A stretch of 64,000 bases of DNA from Ranitomeya imitator (Eukaryota), in contig NC_091286.1 in assembly GCF_032444005.1 (NCBI RefSeq), positions 218,302,001 through 218,366,000 of the forward strand, given 5' to 3'. Shown in pieces: positions 20,616-30,900 of the stretch. The first letter of the stretch is position 1; each line of letters starts with the position of its first letter. The position numbers and the translations under genes were made by a program. The notes under the pieces were generated by a model. It did not search any database, was not told where the DNA came from, and saw nothing but the letters and a program-made list of their open reading frames with translations.

Positions 20616-23600
20616 GTACCCCACCCTTGAGGAGGGGTCACCGAACCCTCACCAGAGCCCCCAGGCCGACCAGGATGAGCCACATGAAAGGCACGAACAA
20701 GATCGGGAGCATGGACATCAGAGGCAAAAACCCAGGAATTATCTTCCTGAGCACAACCCTTCCATTTAACCAGATACTGGAGTTTCCGTCTTGAAACACG
20801 AGAATCCAAAATCTTCTCCACAATATACTCCAATTCCCCCTCCACCAAAACCGGGGCAGGAGGCTCAACAGATGGGACCATAGGTGCCACGTATCTCCGC
20901 AACAATGACCTATGGAATACGTTATGTATGGAAAAAGAATCTGGAAGGGTCAGACGAAAAGACACAGGATTAAGAACCTCAGAAATCCTATACAGACCAA
21001 TAAAACAAGATTTAAACTTAGGAGAGGAAACCTTCATAGGAATATGACGAGAAGATAACCAAACCAGATCCCCAACACGAAGTCGGGGACCCACACGGCG
21101 TCTGCAATTAGCGAAAAGTTGAGCCTTCTCCCGGGACAAGGTCAAATTGTCCACTACCTGAGTCCAAATCTGCTGCAACCTGTCCACCACAGTATGCACA
21201 CCAGGACAGTCCGAAGACTCAACCTGTCCTGAAGAGAAACGAGGATGGAACCCAGAATTGCAGAAAAATGGCGAAACCAAGGTAGCCGAGCTGGCCCGAT
21301 TATTAAGGGCGAACTCAGCCAAAGGCAAAAAGGACACCCAGTCATCCTGATCAGCAGAAACAAAGCATCTCAGATATGTTTCCAAGGTCTGATTGGTTCG
21401 TTCGGTCTGGCCATTAGTCTGAGGATGGAAAGCCGAGGAAAAAGACAAGTCAATGCCCATCCTACCACAAAAGGCTCGCCAAAACCTCGAAACAAACTGG
21501 GAACCTCTGTCAGAAACAATATTCTCTGGAATGCCATGCAAACGAACCACATGCTGGAAGAACAAAGGCACCAAATCAGAGGAGGAAGGCAATTTAGACA
21601 AGGGTACCAGATGGACCATCTTAGAAAAGCGATCACAGACCACCCAAATGACTGACATCTTTTGAGAAACGGGAAGGTCAGAAATAAAATCCATAGAGAT
21701 ATGTGTCCAAGGCCTCTTCGGGACCGGCAAGGGCAAAAGCAACCCACTGGCACGAGAACAGCAGGGCTTAGCCCGAGCACAAATCCCACAGGACTGCACA
21801 AAAGTACGCACATCCCGCGACAGAGAGGGCCACCAAAAGGATCTAGCCACTAACTCTCTGGTACCAAAGATTCCAGGATGACCAGCCAACACCGAACAAT
21901 GAAGTTCAGAGATAACTCTATTCGTCCACCTATCAGGGACAAACAGTTTCTCCGCTGGGCAACGATCAGGTTTATTAGCCTGAAATTTTTGCAGCACCCG
22001 CCGCAAATCAGGGGAGATGGCAGACACAATTACTCCTTCCTTGAGGATACCCGCCGGCTCAGATAAACCCGGAGAGTCGGGCACAAAACTCCTAGACAGA
22101 GCATCCGCCTTCACATTTTTAGAGCCTGGAAGGTACGAAATCACAAAGTCAAAATGGGCAAAAAACAACGACCAACGAGCTTGTCTAGGATTCAAGCGCT
22201 TGGCAGACTCGAGATAAGTCAAGTTCTTATGATCAGTCAATACCACCACGCGATGCTTAGCTCCTTCAAGCCAATGACGCCACTCCTCGAATGCCCACTT
22301 CATGGCCAGCAACTCTCGGTTGCCCACATCATAATTTCGCTCAGCAGGCGAAAACTTCCTGGAAAAGAAAGCGCATGGTTTCATCACTGAGCAACCAGAA
22401 CCTCTCTGTGACAAAACAGCCCCTGCTCCAATCTCAGAAGCATCAACCTCGACCTGGAACGGAAGAGAAACATCTGGTTGACACAACACAGGGGCAGAAG
22501 AAAAACGACGCTTCAACTCTTGAAAAGCTTCCACAGCAGCAGAAGACCAATTGACCAAATCAGCACCCTTCTTGGTCAAATCGGTCAATGGTTTGGCAAC
22601 ACTAGAAAAATTGCAGATGAAGCGACGATAAAAATTAGCAAAGCCCAGGAACTTTTGCAGACTTTTCAGAGATGTTGGCTGAGTCCAATCATGGATGGCT
22701 TGGACCTTAACCGGATCCATCTCGATAGTAGAAGGGGAAAAGATGAACCCCAAAAATGAAACCTTCTGCACACCAAAGAGACACTTTGATCCCTTCACAA
22801 ACAAAGAATTAGCACGCAGGACCTGAAAAACCGTTCTGACCTGCTTCACATGAGACTCCCAATCATCCGAGAAGATCAAAATGTCATCCAAGTACACAAT
22901 CAGGAATTTATCCAGGTACTCACGGAAGATGTCATTCATAAAGGATTGAAACACTGATGGAGCATTGGCAAGTCCGAACGGCATCACTAGATACTCAAAA
23001 TGACCCTCGGGCGTATTAAATGCAGTTTTCCATTCATCGCCTTGTCTGATTCTCACCAGATTATATGCACCACGAAGATCTATCTTAGTGAACCAACTAG
23101 CCCCCTTAATCCGAGCAAACAAATCAGATAACAATGGCAAGGGGTACTGAAATTTAACAGTGATCTTATTAAGAAGGCGGTAATCTATACACGGTCTCAG
23201 CGAACCATCCTTCTTGGCTACAAAAAAGAACCCTGCTCCTAATGGCGACGATGACGGGCGAATATGCCCCTTCTCCAGGGATTCCTTCACATAACTGCGC
23301 ATAGCGGTGTGCTCAGGCACGGATAAATTAAACAGTCGACCTTTTGGGAATTTACTACCAGGAATCAAATTGATAGCACAATCGCAATCCCTATGCGGAG
23401 GCAGGGCATCGGACTTGGGCTCATCAAATACATCCCGGTAATCAGACAAGAACTCTGGAACCTCAGAAGGGGTGGATGACGAAATTGACAGAAATGGAAC
23501 ATCACCATGTACCCCCTGACAACCCCAGCTGGACACCAACATGGAATTCCAATCCAATACTGGATTATGGGCTTGTAGCCATGGCAACCCCAACACGACC

Positions 23601-24676
23601 ACATCATGCAGATTATGCAACACCAGAAAGCGAATAACCTCCTGATGTGCAGGAGCCATGCACATGGTCAGCTGGGTCCAGTATTGAGGCTTATTCTTGG
23701 CCAAAGGTGTAGCATCAATTCCTCTCAATGGAATAGGACACTGCAAGGGCTCCAATAAAAACCCACAACGTTTAGCATAATCCAAGTCCATCAAATTCAG
23801 GGCAGCGCCTGAATCCACAAACGCCATGACAGAATACGACGACAAGGAGCATATCAAGGTAACGGACAGAAGAAATTTTGACTGTACCGTACCAATGGCG
23901 GCAGACCTAGCGAACCGCCTAGTGCGCTCAGGACAATCAGAGATAGCATGAGTGGAATCACCACAGTAGAAACACAGCCCATTCAGACGTCTGTGTTCTT
24001 GCCGTTCAACTCTGGTCATAGTCCTATCGCACTGCATAGGCTCAGGTTTAATCTCAGGTAATACCGCCAAATGGTACACAGATTTACGCTCACGCAAGCG
24101 TCGACCGATCTGAATGGCCAAAGACATAGACTCATTCAAACCAGCGGGCATAGGAAATCCCACCATGACATCCTTAATGGCTTCAGAAAGACCCTTTCTG
24201 AAAATGGCTGCAAGCGCAGATTCATTCCATTGAGTGAGCACGGACCATTTTCTAAATTTCTGGCAATATAGCTCTATCTCATCCTGAGCCTGACAAAGAG
24301 CCAGCAAATTTTTTTCTGCCTGATCTACTGAATTAGGCTCATCGTACAGCAATCCAAGTGCCAGGAAAAACGCATCGATATCACTCAATGCAGGATCTCC
24401 TGACGCAAGAGAAAATGCCCAGTCCTGAGGGTCGCCACGCAAAAAAGAAATGCCGATCCTAACCTGTTGCGCTGGGTCACCAGAGGAGCGAGGTTTCAAA
24501 GCCAGAAACAGTTTACAATTATTCTTGAAACTCAGAAATTTAGTTCTATCTCCAAAAAACAAATCTGGAATAGGAATTCTCGGTTCTAACAAAGAATTCT
24601 GAACCACAAAATTTTGAATATCTTGAACTCTTGCCGTGAGCTGATCCACACATGAAGACAGACCTTTAATGTCCAT
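20447..24676 (-). CDS. Gag-Pol polyprotein (1409 aa from ATG 24676): gag, CCHC, protease, RT, RNase H, integrase, chromodomain
   Basis: Single uninterrupted ORF: CFYCGDSTHAISDC; FVDSGA; YLDDIL; DASEIGAGAVL, TDHKNL, ADALSR; HCSVLAGH..CGIC; MDFI, SDRGSQF, QTERTN; YIVEKILDSR...YLVKWKG..EDNSW. Confidence 0.96.
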   Translation of the reverse strand: MDIKGLSSCVDQLTARVQDIQNFVVQNSLLEPRIPIPDLFFGDRTKFLSFKNNCKLFLALKPRSSGDPAQQVRIGISFLRGDPQDWAFSLASGDPALSDIDAFFLALGLLYDEPNSVDQAEKNLLALCQAQDEIELYCQKFRKWSVLTQWNESALAAIFRKGLSEAIKDVMVGFPMPAGLNESMSLAIQIGRRLRERKSVYHLAVLPEIKPEPMQCDRTMTRVERQEHRRLNGLCFYCGDSTHAISDCPERTRRFARSAAIGTVQSKFLLSVTLICSLSSYSVMAFVDSGAALNLMDLDYAKRCGFLLEPLQCPIPLRGIDATPLAKNKPQYWTQLTMCMAPAHQEVIRFLVLHNLHDVVVLGLPWLQAHNPVLDWNSMLVSSWGCQGVHGDVPFLSISSSTPSEVPEFLSDYRDVFDEPKSDALPPHRDCDCAINLIPGSKFPKGRLFNLSVPEHTAMRSYVKESLEKGHIRPSSSPLGAGFFFVAKKDGSLRPCIDYRLLNKITVKFQYPLPLLSDLFARIKGASWFTKIDLRGAYNLVRIRQGDEWKTAFNTPEGHFEYLVMPFGLANAPSVFQSFMNDIFREYLDKFLIVYLDDILIFSDDWESHVKQVRTVFQVLRANSLFVKGSKCLFGVQKVSFLGFIFSPSTIEMDPVKVQAIHDWTQPTSLKSLQKFLGFANFYRRFICNFSSVAKPLTDLTKKGADLVNWSSAAVEAFQELKRRFSSAPVLCQPDVSLPFQVEVDASEIGAGAVLSQRGSGCSVMKPCAFFSRKFSPAERNYDVGNRELLAMKWAFEEWRHWLEGAKHRVVVLTDHKNLTYLESAKRLNPRQARWSLFFAHFDFVISYLPGSKNVKADALSRSFVPDSPGLSEPAGILKEGVIVSAISPDLRRVLQKFQANKPDRCPAEKLFVPDRWTNRVISELHCSVLAGHPGIFGTRELVARSFWWPSLSRDVRTFVQSCGICARAKPCCSRASGLLLPLPVPKRPWTHISMDFISDLPVSQKMSVIWVVCDRFSKMVHLVPLSKLPSSSDLVPLFFQHVVRLHGIPENIVSDRGSQFVSRFWRAFCGRMGIDLSFSSAFHPQTNGQTERTNQTLETYLRCFVSADQDDWVSFLPLAEFALNNRASSATLVSPFFCNSGFHPRFSSGQVESSDCPGVHTVVDRLQQIWTQVVDNLTLSREKAQLFANCRRRVGPRLRVGDLVWLSSRHIPMKVSSPKFKSCFIGLYRISEVLNPVSFRLTLPDSFSIHNVFHRSLLRRYVAPMVPSVEPPAPVLVEGELEYIVEKILDSRVSRRKLQYLVKWKGCAQEDNSWVFASDVHAPDLVRAFHVAHPGRPGGSGEGSVTPPQGWGTVVNSVAEFTPVVTSGTSADSLWELPFVEESGTAASEFPPSGDLVRSLAASLLNST

Positions 24677-24802
24677 TGTAACACCTGTGTCCTGAACCAC
24701 CCAAATGTCTAGGGGAAAAAAAAGACAAATCACAGTGCAAAGGAAAAAAAAATGGTCTCAGAACTTCTTTTTTCCCTCTATTGAGAATCATTAGTACTTT
24801 TG

Positions 24803-24811
24803 GCTTCCTGT
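24803..24811 (-). promoter_or_regulatory. Non-tRNA primer-binding site (ACAGGAAGC), candidate self-priming site
   Basis: Begins 2 nt after the 5' LTR; no TGG; exactly complementary to GCTTCCTGT in the LTR (plus-strand 25426-25434). Confidence 0.7.
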
Positions 24812-24813
24812 AC

Positions 24814-25587
24814 TGTTATGACAGGCAATTCAGTAACACAATGTACATAGCGATCAGAGCACATACAGTGATCTGACAATAACCCAAAATAATAGAACGA
24901 GCTCTGAGACGTGGAAACTCTGTAGACCGCAATTCCTGATCCTCTCCAAACACAACTAGAGGGAGCTGTGGATTGCGCCTAACGCTCCCTATGCAACTCG
25001 GCACAGCCTGAGAAACTAACTAGCCTGAAGATAGAAAAATAAGCCTACCTTGCCTCAGAGAAATACCCCAAAGGAAAAGGCAGCCCCCCACATATAATGA
25101 CTGTGAGTAAGATGAAAAGACAAACGTAGGGATGAAATAGATTCAGCAAAGTGAGGCCCGATATTCTAGACAGAACGAGGATAGGAAAGATAACTTTGCG
25201 GTCTACACAAAACCCTAAAGAAAACCACGCAAAGGGGGCAAAAAGACCCTCCGTACCGAACTAACGGCACGGAGGTACACCCTCTGCGTCCCAGAGCTTC
25301 CAGCAAAACAAATAGACAAGCTGGACAGAAAAAATAGCAACAAATAGCAAAGAAGCACTTAGCTATGCAGAGCAGCAGGCCACAGGAATGATCCAGAGAA
25401 ACACAAGTCCAACACTGGAACATTGACAGGAAGCATGGATCAAAGCATCAGGTGGAGTTAAGTAGAGAAGCAGCTAACGACCTCACCAGATCACCTGAGG
25501 GAGGAAACTCAGAAGCTGCAGTACCACTTTCCTCCACAAACGGAAGCTCCCAGAGAGAATCAGCCGAAGTACCACTTGTGACCACAG
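24814..25587 (-). repeat. 5' LTR, outer end truncated
   Basis: Matches the 3' LTR up to ...gtgaccacag, then diverges into unrelated sequence; no TSD. Confidence 0.93.
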
Positions 25588-26766
25588 TGTTGTTAATATC
25601 AACATTGAGCTAAATTAATTTCAGCCTATTGGTTCGGCTCTCCACAACAGTAGCGGTTTCTCAGGTGGCTCCCTCGGGAAAATTAATTGTCCACCTCTGT
25701 GTTATATTATTATTTGCACTATATACACTGTAGTTACATGGATTTTACTAATTGACTCGTTATGTTACGTATACTAATGTGATTGCTCTTATATAAAGCA
25801 CTGTTGTTCACTGTTTTGCTGCATGACAAAAGTTCAGTTTATGAGTTGCAACCTTGCCATCTTACTTGTGGGTAAATAAATTACCAATTTTCTTCATCTG
25901 AAAGTCTTCTGAGCGCTGCCTGCATTTTTCCTTTTCTCTAAAATACATAGATGCATTACTTTGCTGCCAATAATTTGCCATGTAGGGATGATACATTTCT
26001 TACTGGAGCTGGAGTTTTCTCAATGGCAGCCTTATAAATTGAGTGCTTACTTTATGAACCTGTTACGATATAATGGAAACTGTGTTATAGCTGTTAAGCT
26101 GAGATGATGTTTTAAGTTCTTCTAAATTATCATGCCATTTTGTAAACTTATCTGTCTTCATTACTCACTTGGCAGAGCCAGGACTTTTCACTGTTGGAGC
26201 GAAAGACGGAATATCTGAAAGAATGATTCTTGGCTTTAGTTTAAAGTATTTAGTGAGAAGTGTCTGTGCATGCATGGATGTAAACCATCATTTTCAACCA
26301 ATTAATGGTCATCTGAAGTTGTTCTATTAAGTGAACACTAGTAGTAGTCCAGATAACCATAACTCACCAGTTAGTGCAATACTGGTTAGCTAATGAAAAA
26401 AATCTACAAAAGATCATACGTAAAGTCATTTTTCTGAATGTGTTTATTATTATTATTATTTATTTGTCTTTAAATTGTGCCTTGTGGAGCCATTATTACC
26501 TTTTTTTTTTTTTGCTGTTTTTCACTTGCAATTCATCGCATGCATGTTTGTATCTTACACAGTAATACTTTTGGGCATCCTATAGATATGCTCTCAGAGA
26601 ATAATGTGAGCAATGCTCTCTTGGTAAAGATCATAAAAATTAACCCTAAAAAGGCACTTATCTCTGGAACTCTATGGCTAATTTAAAAAAAAAAATAAAA
26701 ACAAAATGGGAAAAGCTGGAATAACATAGGAGTAAAAACTTTTGATCTGATGATATTTCCTCTTTA

Positions 26767-26943
26767 AGGGGGCAGATAGATGGCTGTATTTCTCGTGTGA
26801 GGACTGTATTGTAATCCTCGGACTGACAGTTCTCTCTCCTGACCGAAGCATGACAGCTGCACATAAATACATCACGGTGTCATGCTCAGGTCAGGAAAGA
26901 TGTCGGTCCTCGCATGAGTTATATGGCTGTCTATCTGCGCCCT
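26767..26943. mobile_element. Harbinger/Tourist-like MITE (~177 bp)
   Basis: TIR taagggggcagatagatggctgtat / rc taagggcgcagatagacagccatat; TWA flanks. Confidence 0.7.
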
Positions 26944-27186
26944 TAGCCTCAGTTTACTTGATTAACTAAGGTACCACACAATATGTGTGTACAGATTCCT
27001 GAGATGCCAGTCTGGTAATGATTAGAGATGCATAAATATAAATAAATGATGCATCCAAAAGGATCCAATGGTTATTGTTTTTTATTTTGTATATGTTGTG
27101 GCATGTCAGCTCACTCAGCTGTTCTCCAATGTAGACACAGGAACACTTTGTGTTAAAGTCTCTGGGTGGTTTATTGCTCCCTTCAG

Positions 27187-27289
27187 AGCTTGCATCTGGA
27201 GAATTCCTTCCTCCAAACATACAGAGGAGAAAAAAACACAATCGCTGGACATTTAACTTTGCCAACAACAACCTTGAGGTGGAGATATT
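27187..27289 (+). CDS. Candidate 103-bp host-gene exon (unidentified)
   Basis: Pyrimidine-rich acceptor tttattgctcccttcag and donor gtgagta; open frame xLASGEFLPPNIQRRKKHNRWTFNFANNNLEVEI; lies in non-repetitive sequence. No protein family recognised. Confidence 0.35.
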
Positions 27290-27299
27290 GTGAGTAGAC

Positions 27300-27638
27300 G
27301 TCACGCCCGCCCATTTCTCACCTACTCACCAAAACCCAGACCCTTGTAATGCCTCGTTTAACCCCTTCAGCACATAACATGCTGGACAGAAACGTATGGG
27401 TTTCAGATCACAGAAGAAAGCAATCTTCGTGATACATATCTCCCCTCACATACAGCGCCAGTGATCCTGTCACATATCTCCCCTCTCTGCCCAAAGCTGG
27501 GGGTTTGGCACATTCAGACACCAAACAGGGAATTTGGGAGAGAGCATCTGTGTTACCATGTAAATTTCTGGGTCTATGCACTATGTGGAAACTGAAATCT
27601 TGGAGACCTAAGAACCACGTAGTCACCCAGGCATTCTT
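27300..27638 (-). mobile_element. Gmr1-type Gypsy: RNase H C-terminus, PPT and 3' LTR remnant
   Basis: NAWVTTWFLGLQDFSFHIVHRPRNLHGNTDALS continues in frame from 34094 once the L1 is removed; agaggggagata PPT followed by TG. Confidence 0.8.
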
Positions 27639-27919
27639 TTTTTTTATTTTTTTTTTATTTAATAGGTTTTTATTAAAGTCGAATATGAACAATACAATTT
27701 ATGCATTTTTCCATTATTTTACAAAATTTTTACATTTTCCAAATCCCCAACAATCCCAACAAAACCCGAACCTCCCCCTCCCCTGACAGCTCATACCCAT
27801 TTATACTTTTGTTACCAGTATGGATGGTTCTTTGAGCCATTTGACTCACTTATGTCCGCTTGTTCCTTTAGCACTCTCTTCCTTTCAGAGGCCCTCATCC
27901 TCCCATTTCCCATAACTAC

Positions 27920-30900
27920 TCATCCTAGCTCGAGCCACGGAGACCACATTTTGTCAAACGTTTCTATTTTCCCACGTCTTTTGTAGACCCCCTTTTCCAA
28001 ATTGAGACCATGTTTAACATATTTCAGAAATTCACCCCTTGTAGGCGGTTCCTCCTTGATCCAGTTCCTTGCTATTACCTTCCTTGCCATATATAATAGC
28101 CTAGCTATTGCTATCTTCCAGGTGTTGTCCACTCTAATTTCCTCTACATGTCCCAGTATACACACTATCGGATCTCTCGGCACTCTGCATTTATACGCCC
28201 CTTCCACACGGCTCATTACCACCAACCAGAAAGCAACCAGTCTTGGACATGTCCACATCATGTGGTATATTCCTGCATTCTCAGTTTTACATCTCGGGCA
28301 CTCAGAGTCAGCACGCAACCCCGCTCTGCACAACACTTCCGGTGATTTATAGACTCTGTGCAAGATGTACAGCTGCGATAGTCTATACAGCTCGCTCAGT
28401 GACACTCGTGGAACCCACTCCAACACCGACTCCCAGGTTTCATCCTCCATTGGGCCTAAATCTCTTTCCCATTTCGCTCTTGCTTTTAGGGGGAAGTCTA
28501 GCAAATATGCATGTAGAAGGTCCTTATAAAGGGTGGTAATGACTCCCCTTGTGGATCCTTCCCCACACACGTATTCCAGAACTATGTCCTCCTGGATCTC
28601 AATACCACCGCCCTTGTTTTGAGCTTTAAAAGCATGTTTCATCTGAGCATATTGATACTCCCCAGTCGGTCTCAATCCAAACTCCCCTTGCAGCTGCGAA
28701 AAGGACTTTAATCCTCGTTGTTGAACTATCTGAGCCACCAAGTGGATTCCTTTGGCCTGCCACTCCGCCAGCACTCCAAGGGCCGCAAACTCAACCAAAT
28801 TATTATTAAGCCATATTGGTGTAAATTTAGTCAGCCCGAATCTGTCGCAGTCTGGTCCATAATTTATGTATCAAAAACATAGTTGGGTATAATTTCCCCA
28901 ATACTTTCAAGGTGCCATCCTCCAAACACTGCGCCACCGGTCGTCAGTCCGTCACCCTCTCCATCAAGTGCTGTACCGCACTGGCAGACGCCTCCCGCGC
29001 CCAGCCCTTCAAATGCTGGCTCTGGGCTGCAAGAAAATATAACTCAGGATTGGGTAAAGCCAATCCTCCATCTTCCTTGGGTCGCTGAAGCGTCTCCAGG
29101 CGAATACGTGGGTACCGCCTCCCCCATATCAGACTTCTAAAAAGAGCACTAATCTGCCGGAATTTCCCACGTGGAATCCAAACTGGCGCATTATGTAGGA
29201 CGTAAAGTAATTTGGGCATCAGAACCATTTTAATGAGATTAACCCTACCCACCACCGATAAGTGCAATTTATTCCACGCATCCACTTTTGCTTTAAGGGC
29301 GCCCATGAGAGGTGTCAAATTCCTATACAAAAACTCTGTAACTGGCATCGAGATCCATATTCCCAGGTATTTGAAAAGGGATGCCACCTTAAGCCGCCCC
29401 TCTCCCAATGGCTCACTTCTGCTCTCCTCCACCCCACCCACCTCAAAGAGGACCGATTTATCCCAATTTATCCTCAGTCCCGACAAGTCTCCAAATTTCC
29501 CAATGATCTCGATAGCCCCATTCAAGGCTTCATCAGGGTCCGCCAGGAACAGTAAGATGTCATCTGCATATAACGCGATCTTCTCCTCAACACTCCCATA
29601 TCTGAACCCAGGGACCTCATCCGATTGTCGTATCTTGGCGACCAGTGGCTCCACAGCTAAGGCAAACAGAAGGGGCGACAGTGGGCAACCCTGCCTCGTA
29701 CCTCTGGCCAACTTTATAGGCTGAGAGAGTTCCCCATTCACTCTAATTCTAGCTGTTGGTAGTGAATATAACAGTTGAGTCCACGCCACAAATTGTGGAC
29801 CAATACCCATACACTTCAACACCCGCCAGAGATATCCCCACTCCACACTGTCAAACGCCTTATGGGCATCCAAGGACGCAATAACCCTTCGGCCACAGTT
29901 GTCAGACTTCAGCTGCAGGTTCATATGCAGCCTCCGCAGATTAACCGCTGTAGACCTGTCAGGCATAAAACCAGACTGATCTGGATGTACAAGGTTAGCA
30001 ATGACGCTGGACAAACGGGTAGCTAACACCTTGGCCAAGAGCTTGACATCGATGGTTAACAGAGAGATTGGCCGATATGACTCAGGCTTCCCCAGATCCT
30101 TATCCTCCTTCGGAATAACCACTATAGTGGCCTCCCTCATAGATGCTGGGAGATACCCTTGGCGTCCAGCCTCCTCCAGTACCAACTTTAATCTAGGAAT
30201 CAGCACTTCCCCCAAACTTTTATAGATTTCAGCTGGTAACCCATCGACCCCAGGTGCTTTCTCATTGGCCATAGACTTCAGCGCCCGACTCAGTTCCTCC
30301 TCGGTGATAGGGGCATCGAGGCTCACCCTATCCTCACTCAATTTCGGAAGACCCAGACTCTCAAGGAAAGTCTCCGTATCTCCGGCTGACTCATTGACCC
30401 TGGAGGAATATAAGTCCGCGTAGAAGTCCGCAAAGACCTTTATAATTTCAGGTGTTTCAAATACCCTGCTCCCCCCATCCGAAACCAACGAGTGCACATA
30501 CGAGGTACTACGCTGAGCCGCGACTACCACCGATAGCATGTGACCCACTGTTTCTCCCTCCTGAAAATAAGCCACCCTCTGAAACTCCCGCTTCCTTTCA
30601 GCTTTTCCCAGCAGAATCTTTTCCATACAATTTTGCGCTATTCTCAGCCTTTTCTCTGCTTCGGAAGTCCCCAGCACTACCATCTCGTCCTCTGCGGCTT
30701 TCAGCTCCTCCATCGCCACCCTCTCCGCCTCCCTTGTCCTCCTCTTAAGGTACTGTCACACTAGACGATATCGCTAGCGATCCGTGACGTTGCAGCGTCC
30801 TCGCTAGCGATATCGTCCAGTGTGACAGGCAGCAGCGATCAGGCCCCTGCTGGGAGATCGCTGGTCGGGGAAGAAAGGCCAGAACTTTATTTCATCGCTG

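Larger units (their letters stand above)
19813..25587 (-). mobile_element. Young, near full-length chromovirus (Tf1/sushi-group Ty3/Gypsy)
   Basis: Two LTRs with 2 visible differences over ~774 bp; intact gag-pol with chromodomain; PPT-like aagggtgggg before the 3' LTR; outer ~28 bp of the 5' LTR deleted. Confidence 0.97.

Noticed and set aside
26169-26214. 46-bp minus-strand AG/GT micro-exon (a similar 46-bp one at 36144-36189)
   Set aside because: Splice-like motifs alone are common; the joined peptide is unrecognisable and conflicts in strand with the 27187 candidate.
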